DNA of 64,000 nucleotides, from NCBI GenBank assembly GCA_010093745.1, contig MU005959.1, forward strand, positions 176,270 to 240,269, read 5' to 3'. The translations under genes were made by a program, and so were the position numbers. The notes under the pieces were generated by a model. That model saw nothing but the letters and a program-made list of their open reading frames with translations. It ran no database searches and was not told the DNA's origin. Source of the DNA: Piedraia hortae CBS 480.64 (taxonomy: Eukaryota). Positions 44,913 through 54,399 of this stretch are shown in pieces. Position 1 is the stretch's first letter; every line of letters starts with the position of its first letter.

Positions 44913-47159
44913 TTATATAGTCGTCTGCCGTGCGAATAGATCGATGACGCCGTTGAGCATGTCCTCGACAGGAGGGAGATTGTAGCTGTGCTCGTAGTCG
45001 AAGAGCTTTTCTAGATGTTCGGGACGCACGACGGGACGGGTGTCTTCTAATCGTTCCGACGAGAGGAGGTGGTCTTTTTCTGGAAGATCTTCGATTATGA
45101 TATCCTCTGGTTCGGATACCTCCACCCCCGCTAGGGCGGTCCCGGAGAATAGAGTCATCTCTTTTGTGGGTTCCGTCGGGGCAAGGCTCAAACTCTCCGT
45201 TGTGGCATCGTTGAGCAGGACGGTGAATCCCTTCTCCCCATGACGGGAGAATATGGCAGCCACACTGCTGACCATGGTGAAGCTGTGTATGCTCTGCGAC
45301 TTTTTCGGATCGTAGACGGTGACTCGGTTGCCCGCTGCGACGGCAAACGTGTTGCTGAGAGTGTTTACAGCCAGTAAAGGTGGCTCGCCGTTTGCCAGAT
45401 GATATCTGTGCAGCTGGCCGTTTGTAATGACATCCGACACAACAGCGGTGTTGCGTGCGGCAACGATTAGATGACGGCCCTGAAATGCAGCGTCCTCTGG
45501 CTGATCGCCGATTTTGAGAGACATGATAGGTTGACTGAGGCAAATGTCTGCATTCTGGATCATGTACAGCAGCGGCTTCGAATGCATATCTGGCGGTCCC
45601 TGGGCTACTGCGAGTAGAGAGCTGTCTTCGCAATATGCCAGACGTATTTGGCTACCGGCAAACTGCTGAAGTTTGACGGCGAATTTGCATTTCCAGTCGT
45701 CCTGACCCTTTGGCCGCCATATTCTCACAACATTGTCTTCGCCGGCTGTGGCGAAGCTGAGAGATGTAGGCGCGCTGACAAGGTGTTGTATTTTGACATT
45801 GTGTGCTCCAGCTGCTTTGTCGATTCTCGCACTCAGCGTCCACAATTTCTGCGCCTCGTTCCACTGCCAGAATTTGAGAAAAACTTGCCGTCTCTCCGCC
45901 CGTAATTCTGCAACGCTGCAGATGCTTGAAGCAAGATGTTCAACATCCTGTGGCGGCGGCATCCACTCTTCCACACTCGCCAGCCAAAGGCCATCGAAAC
46001 TCAACGCCAGTAATGTAACATCAGGCGATGCGATGCGAGTCCCGTCGGGGCCTAGATTGAAGTCTGTAACATTGTTTCTGGTAAGGGACTGTCTGCTGAG
46101 ATGTCGACACGAGACGTAGTCAAATGTCTGCAGAAACGGCCTTTCCTGTTCCTCCAACGTACTAGGCACCGTAAGCAGGATCTCGTCGTCCCTTCGCGGG
46201 TTCAGAACCACAGCCGCTCTAGCCGCCTTCCCTGTACCCTCCATTGCCAACTGCAAACCTGCAAAATTCGCGATTGGCTTGAACTCGCTGGTGCTTAGAA
46301 CCATAATGGAATTATCTCCCATCTGCACTGCATACTGGTCGCCTCTGGGCGAGACCACAAACCTCTCAATTGCGCTCGTCAAGTGCGGTAGGAACTGCTT
46401 CATCCCCGTATCCAGTTGCCATAGGACAAGTACAGTCTCCTTTCCGCCGGAGATGAGGTACTTTCCATCTCTCGAGAACTTGACCGCTGAAACCGCCTCA
46501 CGATGCCAATGCAGCGACCTCGGCGTAGTTGTGAGTCTCCCATCCCTCAACTCCGACGACGTGATCTCGTCGTAGAGCTCCAACTTCCCCGAGTCCAACC
46601 CCAGTACAAGCGACAAGACAGGTTTCCTTTTCGGCTGCGAGATCCGCGCATCCACACAAATAACGCGCTGCGGCTGGGGGATATCCGTCCACGAATAATG
46701 TCCCTTGGAGCTCTTCTTCCCAACCATAACGTTCTTCTTCCCATGGACAACAACAAACCCCTCTCCAACCCACAAGTCGCGGAGTTTATGCTTCGTCTCG
46801 AGAATCACCTCCCCGTTGAGCATCAACGCCCCCCTCTCCAATTCAAAAAGCCCATCTCCTCCCTCAGCAATGGCAATGACACTCCTCTTAGTCCCCTTCT
46901 CTTCCACCAACCCACGCTCCGTAAAATCCCAGATAAGCCTCCTCCCATCCGCACAAAGCACGCGACAGTGTGTCTCATCGCAAAGCGTCAGTCCCCGAAT
47001 TTCAGGCCCTTGGTCATCCAAACTCGCCGAACTGATGACCAGCGAATCCTCGATGCCCAAGAGGTACACCTCCCGCGGTTTCGCTACAAGGAGCGCCGAG
47101 GACCTCGCAAAGATTGGATCAATAGTATTAATAAAACGACCGTTTCCAGTAAACCTCAT
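44913..47159 (-). CDS. UTP17: U3 snoRNP t-UTP subunit Utp17/Nan1 (WDR75-like)
   Basis: LHWHREAVSAVKFSRDGKYLISGGKETVLVLWQLDTG.KQFLPHL, DNSI, DGLWLASVEEW, LKFWQW. Start codon uncertain. Confidence 0.88.
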   Translation of the reverse strand: MRFTGNGRFINTIDPIFARSSALLVAKPREVYLLGIEDSLVISSASLDDQGPEIRGLTLCDETHCRVLCADGRRLIWDFTERGLVEEKGTKRSVIAIAEGGDGLFELERGALMLNGEVILETKHKLRDLWVGEGFVVVHGKKNVMVGKKSSKGHYSWTDIPQPQRVICVDARISQPKRKPVLSLVLGLDSGKLELYDEITSSELRDGRLTTTPRSLHWHREAVSAVKFSRDGKYLISGGKETVLVLWQLDTGMKQFLPHLTSAIERFVVSPRGDQYAVQMGDNSIMVLSTSEFKPIANFAGLQLAMEGTGKAARAAVVLNPRRDDEILLTVPSTLEEQERPFLQTFDYVSCRHLSRQSLTRNNVTDFNLGPDGTRIASPDVTLLALSFDGLWLASVEEWMPPPQDVEHLASSICSVAELRAERRQVFLKFWQWNEAQKLWTLSARIDKAAGAHNVKIQHLVSAPTSLSFATAGEDNVVRIWRPKGQDDWKCKFAVKLQQFAGSQIRLAYCEDSSLLAVAQGPPDMHSKPLLYMIQNADICLSQPIMSLKIGDQPEDAAFQGRHLIVAARNTAVVSDVITNGQLHRYHLANGEPPLLAVNTLSNTFAVAAGNRVTVYDPKKSQSIHSFTMVSSVAAIFSRHGEKGFTVLLNDATTESLSLAPTEPTKEMTLFSGTALAGVEVSEPEDIIIEDLPEKDHLLSSERLEDTRPVVRPEHLEKLFDYEHSYNLPPVEDMLNGVIDLFARQTTI

Positions 47160-47346
47160 CGTGTCTGCAAAGTCGCTCCCAAAATATCATCCCCACGAGC
47201 GCGAAAAAGTTCTTAGGGTTACGGCAAAAGTGGGGATAAGGTCCGGCCCGACCCGAAGACGCAGCAACCACACCAAAATCTTTACAACCAAACATTCTCT
47301 GAATCGAACCTCCTCCCTACCTCAGCGCGAAGAATAATAAAGAAAA

Positions 47347-47666
47347 ATGATTATCCCAATCCGCTGCTTCTCCTGCGGAAAGGTATTTTCTCTCCCCCCC
47401 CCACCCCCCCTTCCCCCGCACAGCGTCTCACTCTACTGACGATGTAGGTCATCGCAGACCTCTACGAGCGCTATGTGGAATTGATTGGGTCTTCGAACGA
47501 CGGCGAGATTCTCACGGATGGAGATGCGATGGATCAGATTGGACTTACGCGTTATTGCTGTCGTCGCATGATGCTGACCCACGTAGACCTTATTGAGAAG
47601 TTGTTGAGGTATAATCCCGCTGAGAGGGAGATAATTCGGCAGCAGGGGAGTGGGCAGCAGAGGTAG
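47347..47666 (+). CDS. RPB10: RNA polymerase I/II/III shared subunit Rpb10; exons 47347-47382, 47448-47666
   Basis: MIIPIRCFSCGK|VIADLYERY..RYCCRRMMLTHVDLIEKLLRYNP. Intron 47383-47447. Confidence 0.97.
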
Positions 47667-47872
47667 ACTGAGCAGAAGAGGTGGATGGTGGATGCTATAA
47701 CTGGAGGGCATGGTTTGAGGGGAGGGCGGACTGTATGGTACTTTTGATGTGATGTGATACCCCCGGCAGTTCATTGAGAGATCCCGTTTGTTGGGCTGTA
47801 TCTGAAAGATGATAGTTGTGAGATGATCCCACCATGTTATAGATGCAAATGAAACAACAGATAAACGTCTAA

Positions 47873-50029
47873 TCATACAATATCCAACTCATCATCGTCG
47901 TCACCGAATCGAAGGTCGGCACCACAACCACTCTCCCTGCCAGGTTCCCTGATCCCCTTCCCAGCAATCATGAATCTCGCCTTCTTGGACGGACTCTGCA
48001 CACCACTATCCCTCGACAAGGGTCTCATAGCCGTCTGCCTCACCTCCGTCTCAGGCGTCTTAACCCTCAACAACTCACTTTTCCTCGCACCACCCCACCC
48101 CACCGCCTCCCTCCCGGTTGTCGGAACCGCCCCAAGCCCAAAATGAAACTTCCTATCCTTCGCCGCACTCAACTGCACCCGCGAAGCATCGTTTGCCAAC
48201 AGCCTCAACTCCGCCGCCTTAGGCTTCTGAAAGATTCCACTCTCCGGCGCGGAGCGTGCCGACATAGCACTATTCGACCGGGCGAGCATGTATTCCTTGC
48301 CCACACTGCTAGGCATCTTATCCAACGCACGCTGGAGATCCCTTTCCTTTTGCGCAGCAGCCAACCTCTTCCGACTCGCCTCTTCAGTACTCAAATTCGT
48401 CAGCTTACTCGAATCCTCCGCATCGAGAAGCGAAGCCGCACTCCCCCCCAGCCCATGCTGGTGATGATACAGGGTTCCATGCTCCCTCGAATTCGTAACC
48501 GTCGAGCTACGTTTCTCTCTCGCCCTACCCTTCCCCCCCGCGTTAACCCTCCGCCACATGGTATTAACCTCCATCCTCTCCTTCCTCTGCTTCTCAACGA
48601 ACAGGTTAAGGTGAAATTCACAAATCTCCGTAGATCTCCGATCGATCCACGCGTTACACGGCTGACCGTCTTTCTTGATGCTGGTGCAGTACCCCAAATC
48701 CCTCGCCGTTCCGATCTCCATGATTTTGTCATCGCTGGAGGAGAGTTTAAGGCTGAATTTACCGCTATGGCGGTTCCCTTTGGGCGGCATGATTCCCGGG
48801 TTCAGGATAGCGAGGAGGGTTCCGGGGGTAAGTTTCCAGAACTGGTCGAAGCCGGTGTCGAAGAGGAAGAGATCGATTTCCCATGCTAGATCGCAGAGTT
48901 TGAGGACCATGAATTTGTTTCGCGGCGCATCGGCGTCGATTTGGGGTTTCCCCGTTTCGGAGGTTTTGTGTTTGAATGCTTGATCGTAGGGGGATGATTT
49001 GGATGCGAGAATGGCGAGGATGACGATGTCTTCTTCGCAGTCGGGAGGCTCGTAGTCGGGTGAAACGACTTCCTTGAGGAGACGAGGGAGGGTGTAGATT
49101 TGTTTGGTTTCTAGTTCGCGTGCGAGGAGGGCGTGGGGGACGTTGCGTTTGCTGAGGTGGAGTTCGGAGAAGGGTTCGTAGCTTGCTTCGTCCTTGTCAT
49201 CGGGCTTGGAGGTATCGGTGTTTGAGCGTTGGGATTGAGGTCTGCTTGTTGAGCCGCCGGAGCTGGGCCGCAGTTGCATTGTGCTGAAGGTTTTGCTTCG
49301 GCCGCGCTCGATGCGCTCCGCCTTGGCTTCCTTCTCGTCGGCCTGCTTTAGACCGGCTTGGAGACGCTCGGTGAAGCTCTTGGGGCGAGAAGTATCGGGA
49401 CGTTTGGTGGGTACGCGCTTGGGAGGCTTCACCTGTCCGTCTCGGGCCCGTTTGAGGGATACGTTTGAGGCACCGGCGGTGGTATCCAGGCCCAGCCGCT
49501 TGCGCGCGGGTGAGAGTTGTTCCTGCGGTGCAATGGCTCTCTCTTTTGCCGGCGACATGGGCACCTGGACATGCGTCTCGGACTGAGCGCGCGAATGCTT
49601 TGGCCGATCGACCGACTCTTGCCTCTTCCTTTTCTTATCTTTTAGTCGCTGCCTCTGCTTCAGACGGATTTTGATCTCATCCAGCTTGAGCTGGATATCC
49701 TCCTCGTCTTCTTCATCTTGTCCCAGCTCTTCTCCCCGCTGTCGCTTTCGCTCAATCTCCTTTTGCTTCCTGCGCAGCGCAATTTCCTCCAGTCGGAGCT
49801 CCTCGTCGGCCTCGTCGGATTCGCTGCTGCTCATGGAGATTTGGCGCATGGCAACTTTGGTTGGACTGGGGCTGATGGAGCGTGCGGGAAAGCGCGACTG
49901 ATGGTCCTGCCACTTCTTCCGTCCGCTGGGTGACGACAACAACGCCTGGAACGGCGACTTGGGCGGCCATGCTGCGCGACTAGCATCGGGCGACGCCGGC
50001 ACACGCGGAGACTCGCGCAACACCACCAT
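47873..50029 (-). CDS. MCM10: DNA replication factor Mcm10
   Basis: WPPKSPFQALLSSPSGRKK, EPFSELHLSKR, OB-fold KFMVLKLCDL..AILNP, zinc finger DLGYC..KKDGQPC..WID....EICEFH. Start placed at MVVLRESP. Confidence 0.9.
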   Translation of the reverse strand: MVVLRESPRVPASPDASRAAWPPKSPFQALLSSPSGRKKWQDHQSRFPARSISPSPTKVAMRQISMSSSESDEADEELRLEEIALRRKQKEIERKRQRGEELGQDEEDEEDIQLKLDEIKIRLKQRQRLKDKKRKRQESVDRPKHSRAQSETHVQVPMSPAKERAIAPQEQLSPARKRLGLDTTAGASNVSLKRARDGQVKPPKRVPTKRPDTSRPKSFTERLQAGLKQADEKEAKAERIERGRSKTFSTMQLRPSSGGSTSRPQSQRSNTDTSKPDDKDEASYEPFSELHLSKRNVPHALLARELETKQIYTLPRLLKEVVSPDYEPPDCEEDIVILAILASKSSPYDQAFKHKTSETGKPQIDADAPRNKFMVLKLCDLAWEIDLFLFDTGFDQFWKLTPGTLLAILNPGIMPPKGNRHSGKFSLKLSSSDDKIMEIGTARDLGYCTSIKKDGQPCNAWIDRRSTEICEFHLNLFVEKQRKERMEVNTMWRRVNAGGKGRAREKRSSTVTNSREHGTLYHHQHGLGGSAASLLDAEDSSKLTNLSTEEASRKRLAAAQKERDLQRALDKMPSSVGKEYMLARSNSAMSARSAPESGIFQKPKAAELRLLANDASRVQLSAAKDRKFHFGLGAVPTTGREAVGWGGARKSELLRVKTPETEVRQTAMRPLSRDSGVQSPSKKARFMIAGKGIREPGRESGCGADLRFGDDDDELDIV

Positions 50030-50376
50030 GGCTTGTGTCGTCTCGTTGCGCCGCATGACAACCGTCGTCTGGCAGATCTGTGGCTTCTGATTGGCTACCG
50101 GGCCACCGCCTTGTTGAACCGTTGACGCTAGCCGAATGTGGCTGGCGTGAGACGACTTCTCGGGAACGTCATCCAAAGGACCATTGGTGATGGCCCAGAG
50201 AGACGCCAGGAACAGTCGAGTCTGAATGCAGAAGACGATATAGACTATGGAATCGTATATAGATTGCCGAATACATGGTTAGACGCCTGCCCACCCTCTA
50301 CTTGTCCAAGCGTGTAATTGCGACTTCCAACCTCAGGCGGTCTCGCTCTACCGAGACAGCTACATGACAGCGGAAG

Positions 50377-51411
50377 ATGCCCCCAACCCGCCGCTCGCAA
50401 AAGGCGCGCGGTCCTGCTGCTGCCGAAGCCGAATCTTCTGCGGTCTCTCCGTCCGTAGACAACCCCCCAACGCTCCACATCCTCCCGCGCGGCCGCTCTG
50501 CTACTGCGTGCATCGTCACCCTCCCCGACCCCATCACGCCCACCAAAGCAGCCCAATACTTCGTTGACCCCATCCTCGGCTTCTACGAATTCACCCAAAC
50601 CTCCTCCCCCAAGAACGTCCCCAAATCCTGGCTCCTCGTCGACGACAACCAAGGCTACACTCTCCAATCCCCATCCCTGGTAATCGCAACCCCCATCGAC
50701 CCTCTCTTCCTCCTCCTCCCCGCGCTCTGGACCGGCGCGATCGACAACACCTTTGCGCCTCTCCACGACCGCCTCTTCTTCAGCGACAGCGACACCCGCT
50801 ACGCGCACCTCCGACCTCTCCTCGGCCCCGAACTCGAATCCCAACTTGAGTCTCGCCTCTCAACTATCTGCAACTCCCAAGCCGTCGGCGACGAAGTCTA
50901 CTACAACCTCTCCCTGGACAAACTAGCCTCCGTTCTGCTATTCAAAACCCAAAACCTCAACCTCCCGCCAAGCCTTCATAAAAAGCTCGTGGACGAACCT
51001 CTCGAAGTTCCCGGAATCGAATCCGCCATTGTTTCAGAAGACATCAAAGCCCTCCTCCGCACGAGAGCCGCGCTGGGCTATATCCTCCGCAACTACATCA
51101 CCGAGTCTTTACGACCGCACTTATGGACGTTATTCGCTAAAGCGATTGACTTTGCCCCCCTGGACGCGCACCTGCAACATGTAGAGAAGCTCAGGGCCGA
51201 AGCGCTGGCGCGACAGTCGTTGACGGATAATCTTAGCCGGAAACGTGGCGGCTTGGGTGATGAAGAGGCTATGGATAGGGCGGAGACGAAGAAGAGGAAG
51301 AAAGAGGAAGAGGAAAAGAATAAGAAGAATGCCTCGCTAGGGGTGAAGAGACTCATGAAGGCTGATACTACCGGTATGAAGAAGTTGAGCAGTTTTTTTA
51401 AATCTGCTTAG
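50377..51411 (+). CDS. RNH202: Ribonuclease H2 subunit B
   Basis: IVTLPDP, FYEFT, KSWLL, IATPIDPLFLLLP, C-terminal S.GVKRL.KADTTGMKKLSSFF (PIP-box-like). Confidence 0.88.
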   Translation: MPPTRRSQKARGPAAAEAESSAVSPSVDNPPTLHILPRGRSATACIVTLPDPITPTKAAQYFVDPILGFYEFTQTSSPKNVPKSWLLVDDNQGYTLQSPSLVIATPIDPLFLLLPALWTGAIDNTFAPLHDRLFFSDSDTRYAHLRPLLGPELESQLESRLSTICNSQAVGDEVYYNLSLDKLASVLLFKTQNLNLPPSLHKKLVDEPLEVPGIESAIVSEDIKALLRTRAALGYILRNYITESLRPHLWTLFAKAIDFAPLDAHLQHVEKLRAEALARQSLTDNLSRKRGGLGDEEAMDRAETKKRKKEEEEKNKKNASLGVKRLMKADTTGMKKLSSFFKSA

Positions 51412-52082
51412 CTGCTGAGGCCGAGATGGTTGGGTTGGTTGGTTGAGTCTGTTGTGCTGGGGTCTAGGATTGTTGGTGGGTGTGTATGAGACGGAGGGAG
51501 GGCTCACTGCTTGATTCGGTGGTTTGTTTTTCTTTCTTTTCCTTGTTCTTGGAGGCTTGGTCGAGCACCACGTCGCCGATGATGCTGCTTGTTGATTGCA
51601 GGCCACCTTGGGCCCGTGTTAGTGCATTTGTGGTGTGGCTGTGGACGGCGTACCGCCTTTGCCTTTCCAGGCGTCTTTCATTGCTTCGGTCATTAGGAAT
51701 GTTAGGTGTCAATGGGGATGTCAATGTCGACGTGACAAGGGGGACAATGTCATGCGGTCGATCATGATGCAAGTGTTTCAATCGATTGGTTATCCATAAG
51801 CTGATCGGCAGCCTTGTATCCCCCTGAAGATCGATTACATCACTGGAACCCTCTTACATAAACTCTTCGAGCAGCTTCTCGAGCTTCATCCTTCAAATAT
51901 GGCACAATCACTGTAAATAATCAAGTACGTGCAACTTATGATATCTTGGCCGACTGCTCGTTCCTTGTCACTGCCGTCTAGGGTTCGGCTTGGAACGCAC
52001 TCTGCCAAGAAACCGCACAGAATTCAAAATTGTATACCCATCAGTCGCACAAGCTTCCCCAGCCATAACTTGACTCCAGACA

Positions 52083-53429
52083 ATGGCCCAAGTTCACCTA
52101 GACATAGACTACCAAGACGCCTACGTCGAACCTCTCATCCGCTCAGCTCTGAAAGCCCGGCTCCCGCACGGAAGCTATGTCTTCTTCCTCTCCCCAGCCG
52201 AATTAACCCCAGACACCCCCACCCTCGAATGGAAACAATACGAATCCCTCTCCTTTCCAAGCATCCTCTCCCACCCACAAACCTTCCTTGCAAACAGCTA
52301 CATCATTCGCAAAGCGTTGATCCGCAAAAACTTTCTCGCCGAGACAGTGCGCTACTGGGTTGCGAAGCACCCATCCTCCATCCTCGCTTCCGGCATCAAA
52401 CCCTCTCTAGACCTAGAAGTCGACTACGCCGAGTTCCTCGACGAGGCGCTTTACGAAGCGTACGAGCTAAACGAAAGCTTCACTCGGAACGAGCACCAGC
52501 AGGAGAAAGAGTGGTGGATCCTGAAACCAGCTCTTACAGACGGTGCGAACGGCATAAGACTCTTTTCATCCTTGGATGAATTGAGGGGCATTTTCGAGGA
52601 GTGGGAAGAATCTACCTCCTCCTCCGATGATGACGATGATGACAGTGAGATCGTAAACTCGGAAACAGGCCCCCAGACGAATCATACGAAAGGGAGTGAA
52701 GGAATAATAACCTCCCAACTCCGCCACTTCACCGCCCAGCCGTACATAACCCCACCCCTCCTTTTCCCTCAGGTCGGGAACAGAAAGTTCCACATAAGGA
52801 CGTACGTCCTCGCTGTCGGCGCACTGAAAGTCTACGTGTACAGACACATGCTTGCCTTGTTCGCGCAGAAAGAGTACATAACCCCCACAGCGCAAACTGA
52901 AATCGACCTGCGCGCGCATTTGACGAATACATGTTTCTGGAAGGCTGGAAATAAGCGGAGCGACACCGGTGAAAATTCCACAACACTCCTAGCCCCAGAT
53001 CCGGCTGAGAAAATGGTCATCCCCCTCTCCTCCCTCCCACCAACGCACCCAACTCTTGGCTCCTGGCTCCCTGCTACACTCTCACAGATAAATACCCTCA
53101 CATCCGAACTCTTCCGCGCCGCGGCCCAGATGACAACGAACTTTCAGCCCCTCCCCAATGCGTTTGAGATTTTTGGGGTCGATTTCCTCGTCGATGCAGA
53201 TGGGAGGGTTTGGCTATTGGAAGTCAATGCGTTTCCGGATTTTAGACAATCGGGGGAAGAGGCGAAGTGGGTTGTTGAGGGGTTGTTGGGGGGCGTGGTG
53301 GATGTGGGGGTAAGGCCATTTTTTGGATTGGATGCTCAAGAGAAAGGTGGGGATGTGGGTAGGGATGCTTCGCAAGGGGGAGATGGGGATATGCTCCTGG
53401 CTTTGGATTTGGATTTGGGGAGGCGGTAG
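52083..53429 (+). CDS. Tubulin-tyrosine ligase-like ATP-grasp protein (Pby1-like)
   Basis: ANSYIIRKALIRK, WILKPALTDGANGIRLFS, RKFHIRTYVLAVGALKVYV, HLTNTC, FEIFGVDFLVD..WLLEVNAFPDF. Confidence 0.9.
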   Translation: MAQVHLDIDYQDAYVEPLIRSALKARLPHGSYVFFLSPAELTPDTPTLEWKQYESLSFPSILSHPQTFLANSYIIRKALIRKNFLAETVRYWVAKHPSSILASGIKPSLDLEVDYAEFLDEALYEAYELNESFTRNEHQQEKEWWILKPALTDGANGIRLFSSLDELRGIFEEWEESTSSSDDDDDDSEIVNSETGPQTNHTKGSEGIITSQLRHFTAQPYITPPLLFPQVGNRKFHIRTYVLAVGALKVYVYRHMLALFAQKEYITPTAQTEIDLRAHLTNTCFWKAGNKRSDTGENSTTLLAPDPAEKMVIPLSSLPPTHPTLGSWLPATLSQINTLTSELFRAAAQMTTNFQPLPNAFEIFGVDFLVDADGRVWLLEVNAFPDFRQSGEEAKWVVEGLLGGVVDVGVRPFFGLDAQEKGGDVGRDASQGGDGDMLLALDLDLGRR

Positions 53430-54399
53430 GGGGTTTATCAAGGGAGGGGATTACGGGGTTCATATGCCAGAAGACGTCGACCTTACGCTCAAGGCGGCTT
53501 ATCGCGCCTTGCACTGGCTGATAATGAAATATACACGGTGATAAAGGACTCTTACTCAATGTCTTCCACAAGCGAGGGAATCAGGACCTTCAAAACACCC
53601 ATTCTATGTTAACACATCCGCTTTCCAGACTTGAAAAAACGACACGCTGAGGACAGCCATGAAAGGATAAAATTCCATCCGGCGGGCAGTAAACTCCCTA
53701 CTACAACAGGCATGCTCAATCTTCCGATTCCCGCCAACCATACTTCAGCATACTCCAACAGCTTACCATTACACGACACTAATGGCCGGCGACAAGCAAC
53801 TGAATGGCAATCGCCCGCATTCTATTCTCCCGCCGTACATATCCAAACGAGCGCTTGGATGCGGCAACTTGTTCGCAATTCCTAAAAATGTTCGATAAAG
53901 ACAACAACAAGTTCTCTGGCGAGTCTTATGAAGAGTCCCGAAATAAGGCACGGAGATCGAAAACATGCTGAGAAACCTTATGGTAAGAATGCCAAGATTC
54001 GGGTTTCTCTAAAATAGAGAGATGATGCAGACTCTCTCAGATGACCTTCTATACGGGGAAAAAGCGGCTGACCAGGCCTCACATTATAACTACCACGACA
54101 GACCTTCTAGACTCTGAACCAGAAAATAAGTCAGTCCGCTGAACACTGATTTACGCTCAAAGCGAAATGGACTGCTTAGGAGTGGCTGAGCCACCGCATC
54201 GTATCGTGTCCAAGCCAGCTGGACAAAACCTGAGCTGCGAGACCAAACTACAACTGATCAAGCTGCATCCCGAACTGGGATGCGAGGAAAAAGTGGTAGT
54301 TACCCTATACTTGTGTCCAAGCCAGCTGGCCATAATCTGACCTACGAGATCAAACTGCATCCAAAACCGAGAGTTGAAAATAGAAAACGGGGATCACTG

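Noticed and set aside
44647..45633. 328-aa minus-strand ORF overlapping UTP17 and antisense to TSR2
   Set aside because: Alternative frame of two well-supported genes; no recognisable motifs.
51464..51900. Possible small spliced gene between RNH202 and TTL
   Set aside because: Could not build a consistent ATG-to-stop model or recognise a domain.
52083..53429. TTL protein lacking the SurE-like domain of budding-yeast Pby1
   Set aside because: Stand-alone TTL forms are known in other fungi, so not clearly novel.
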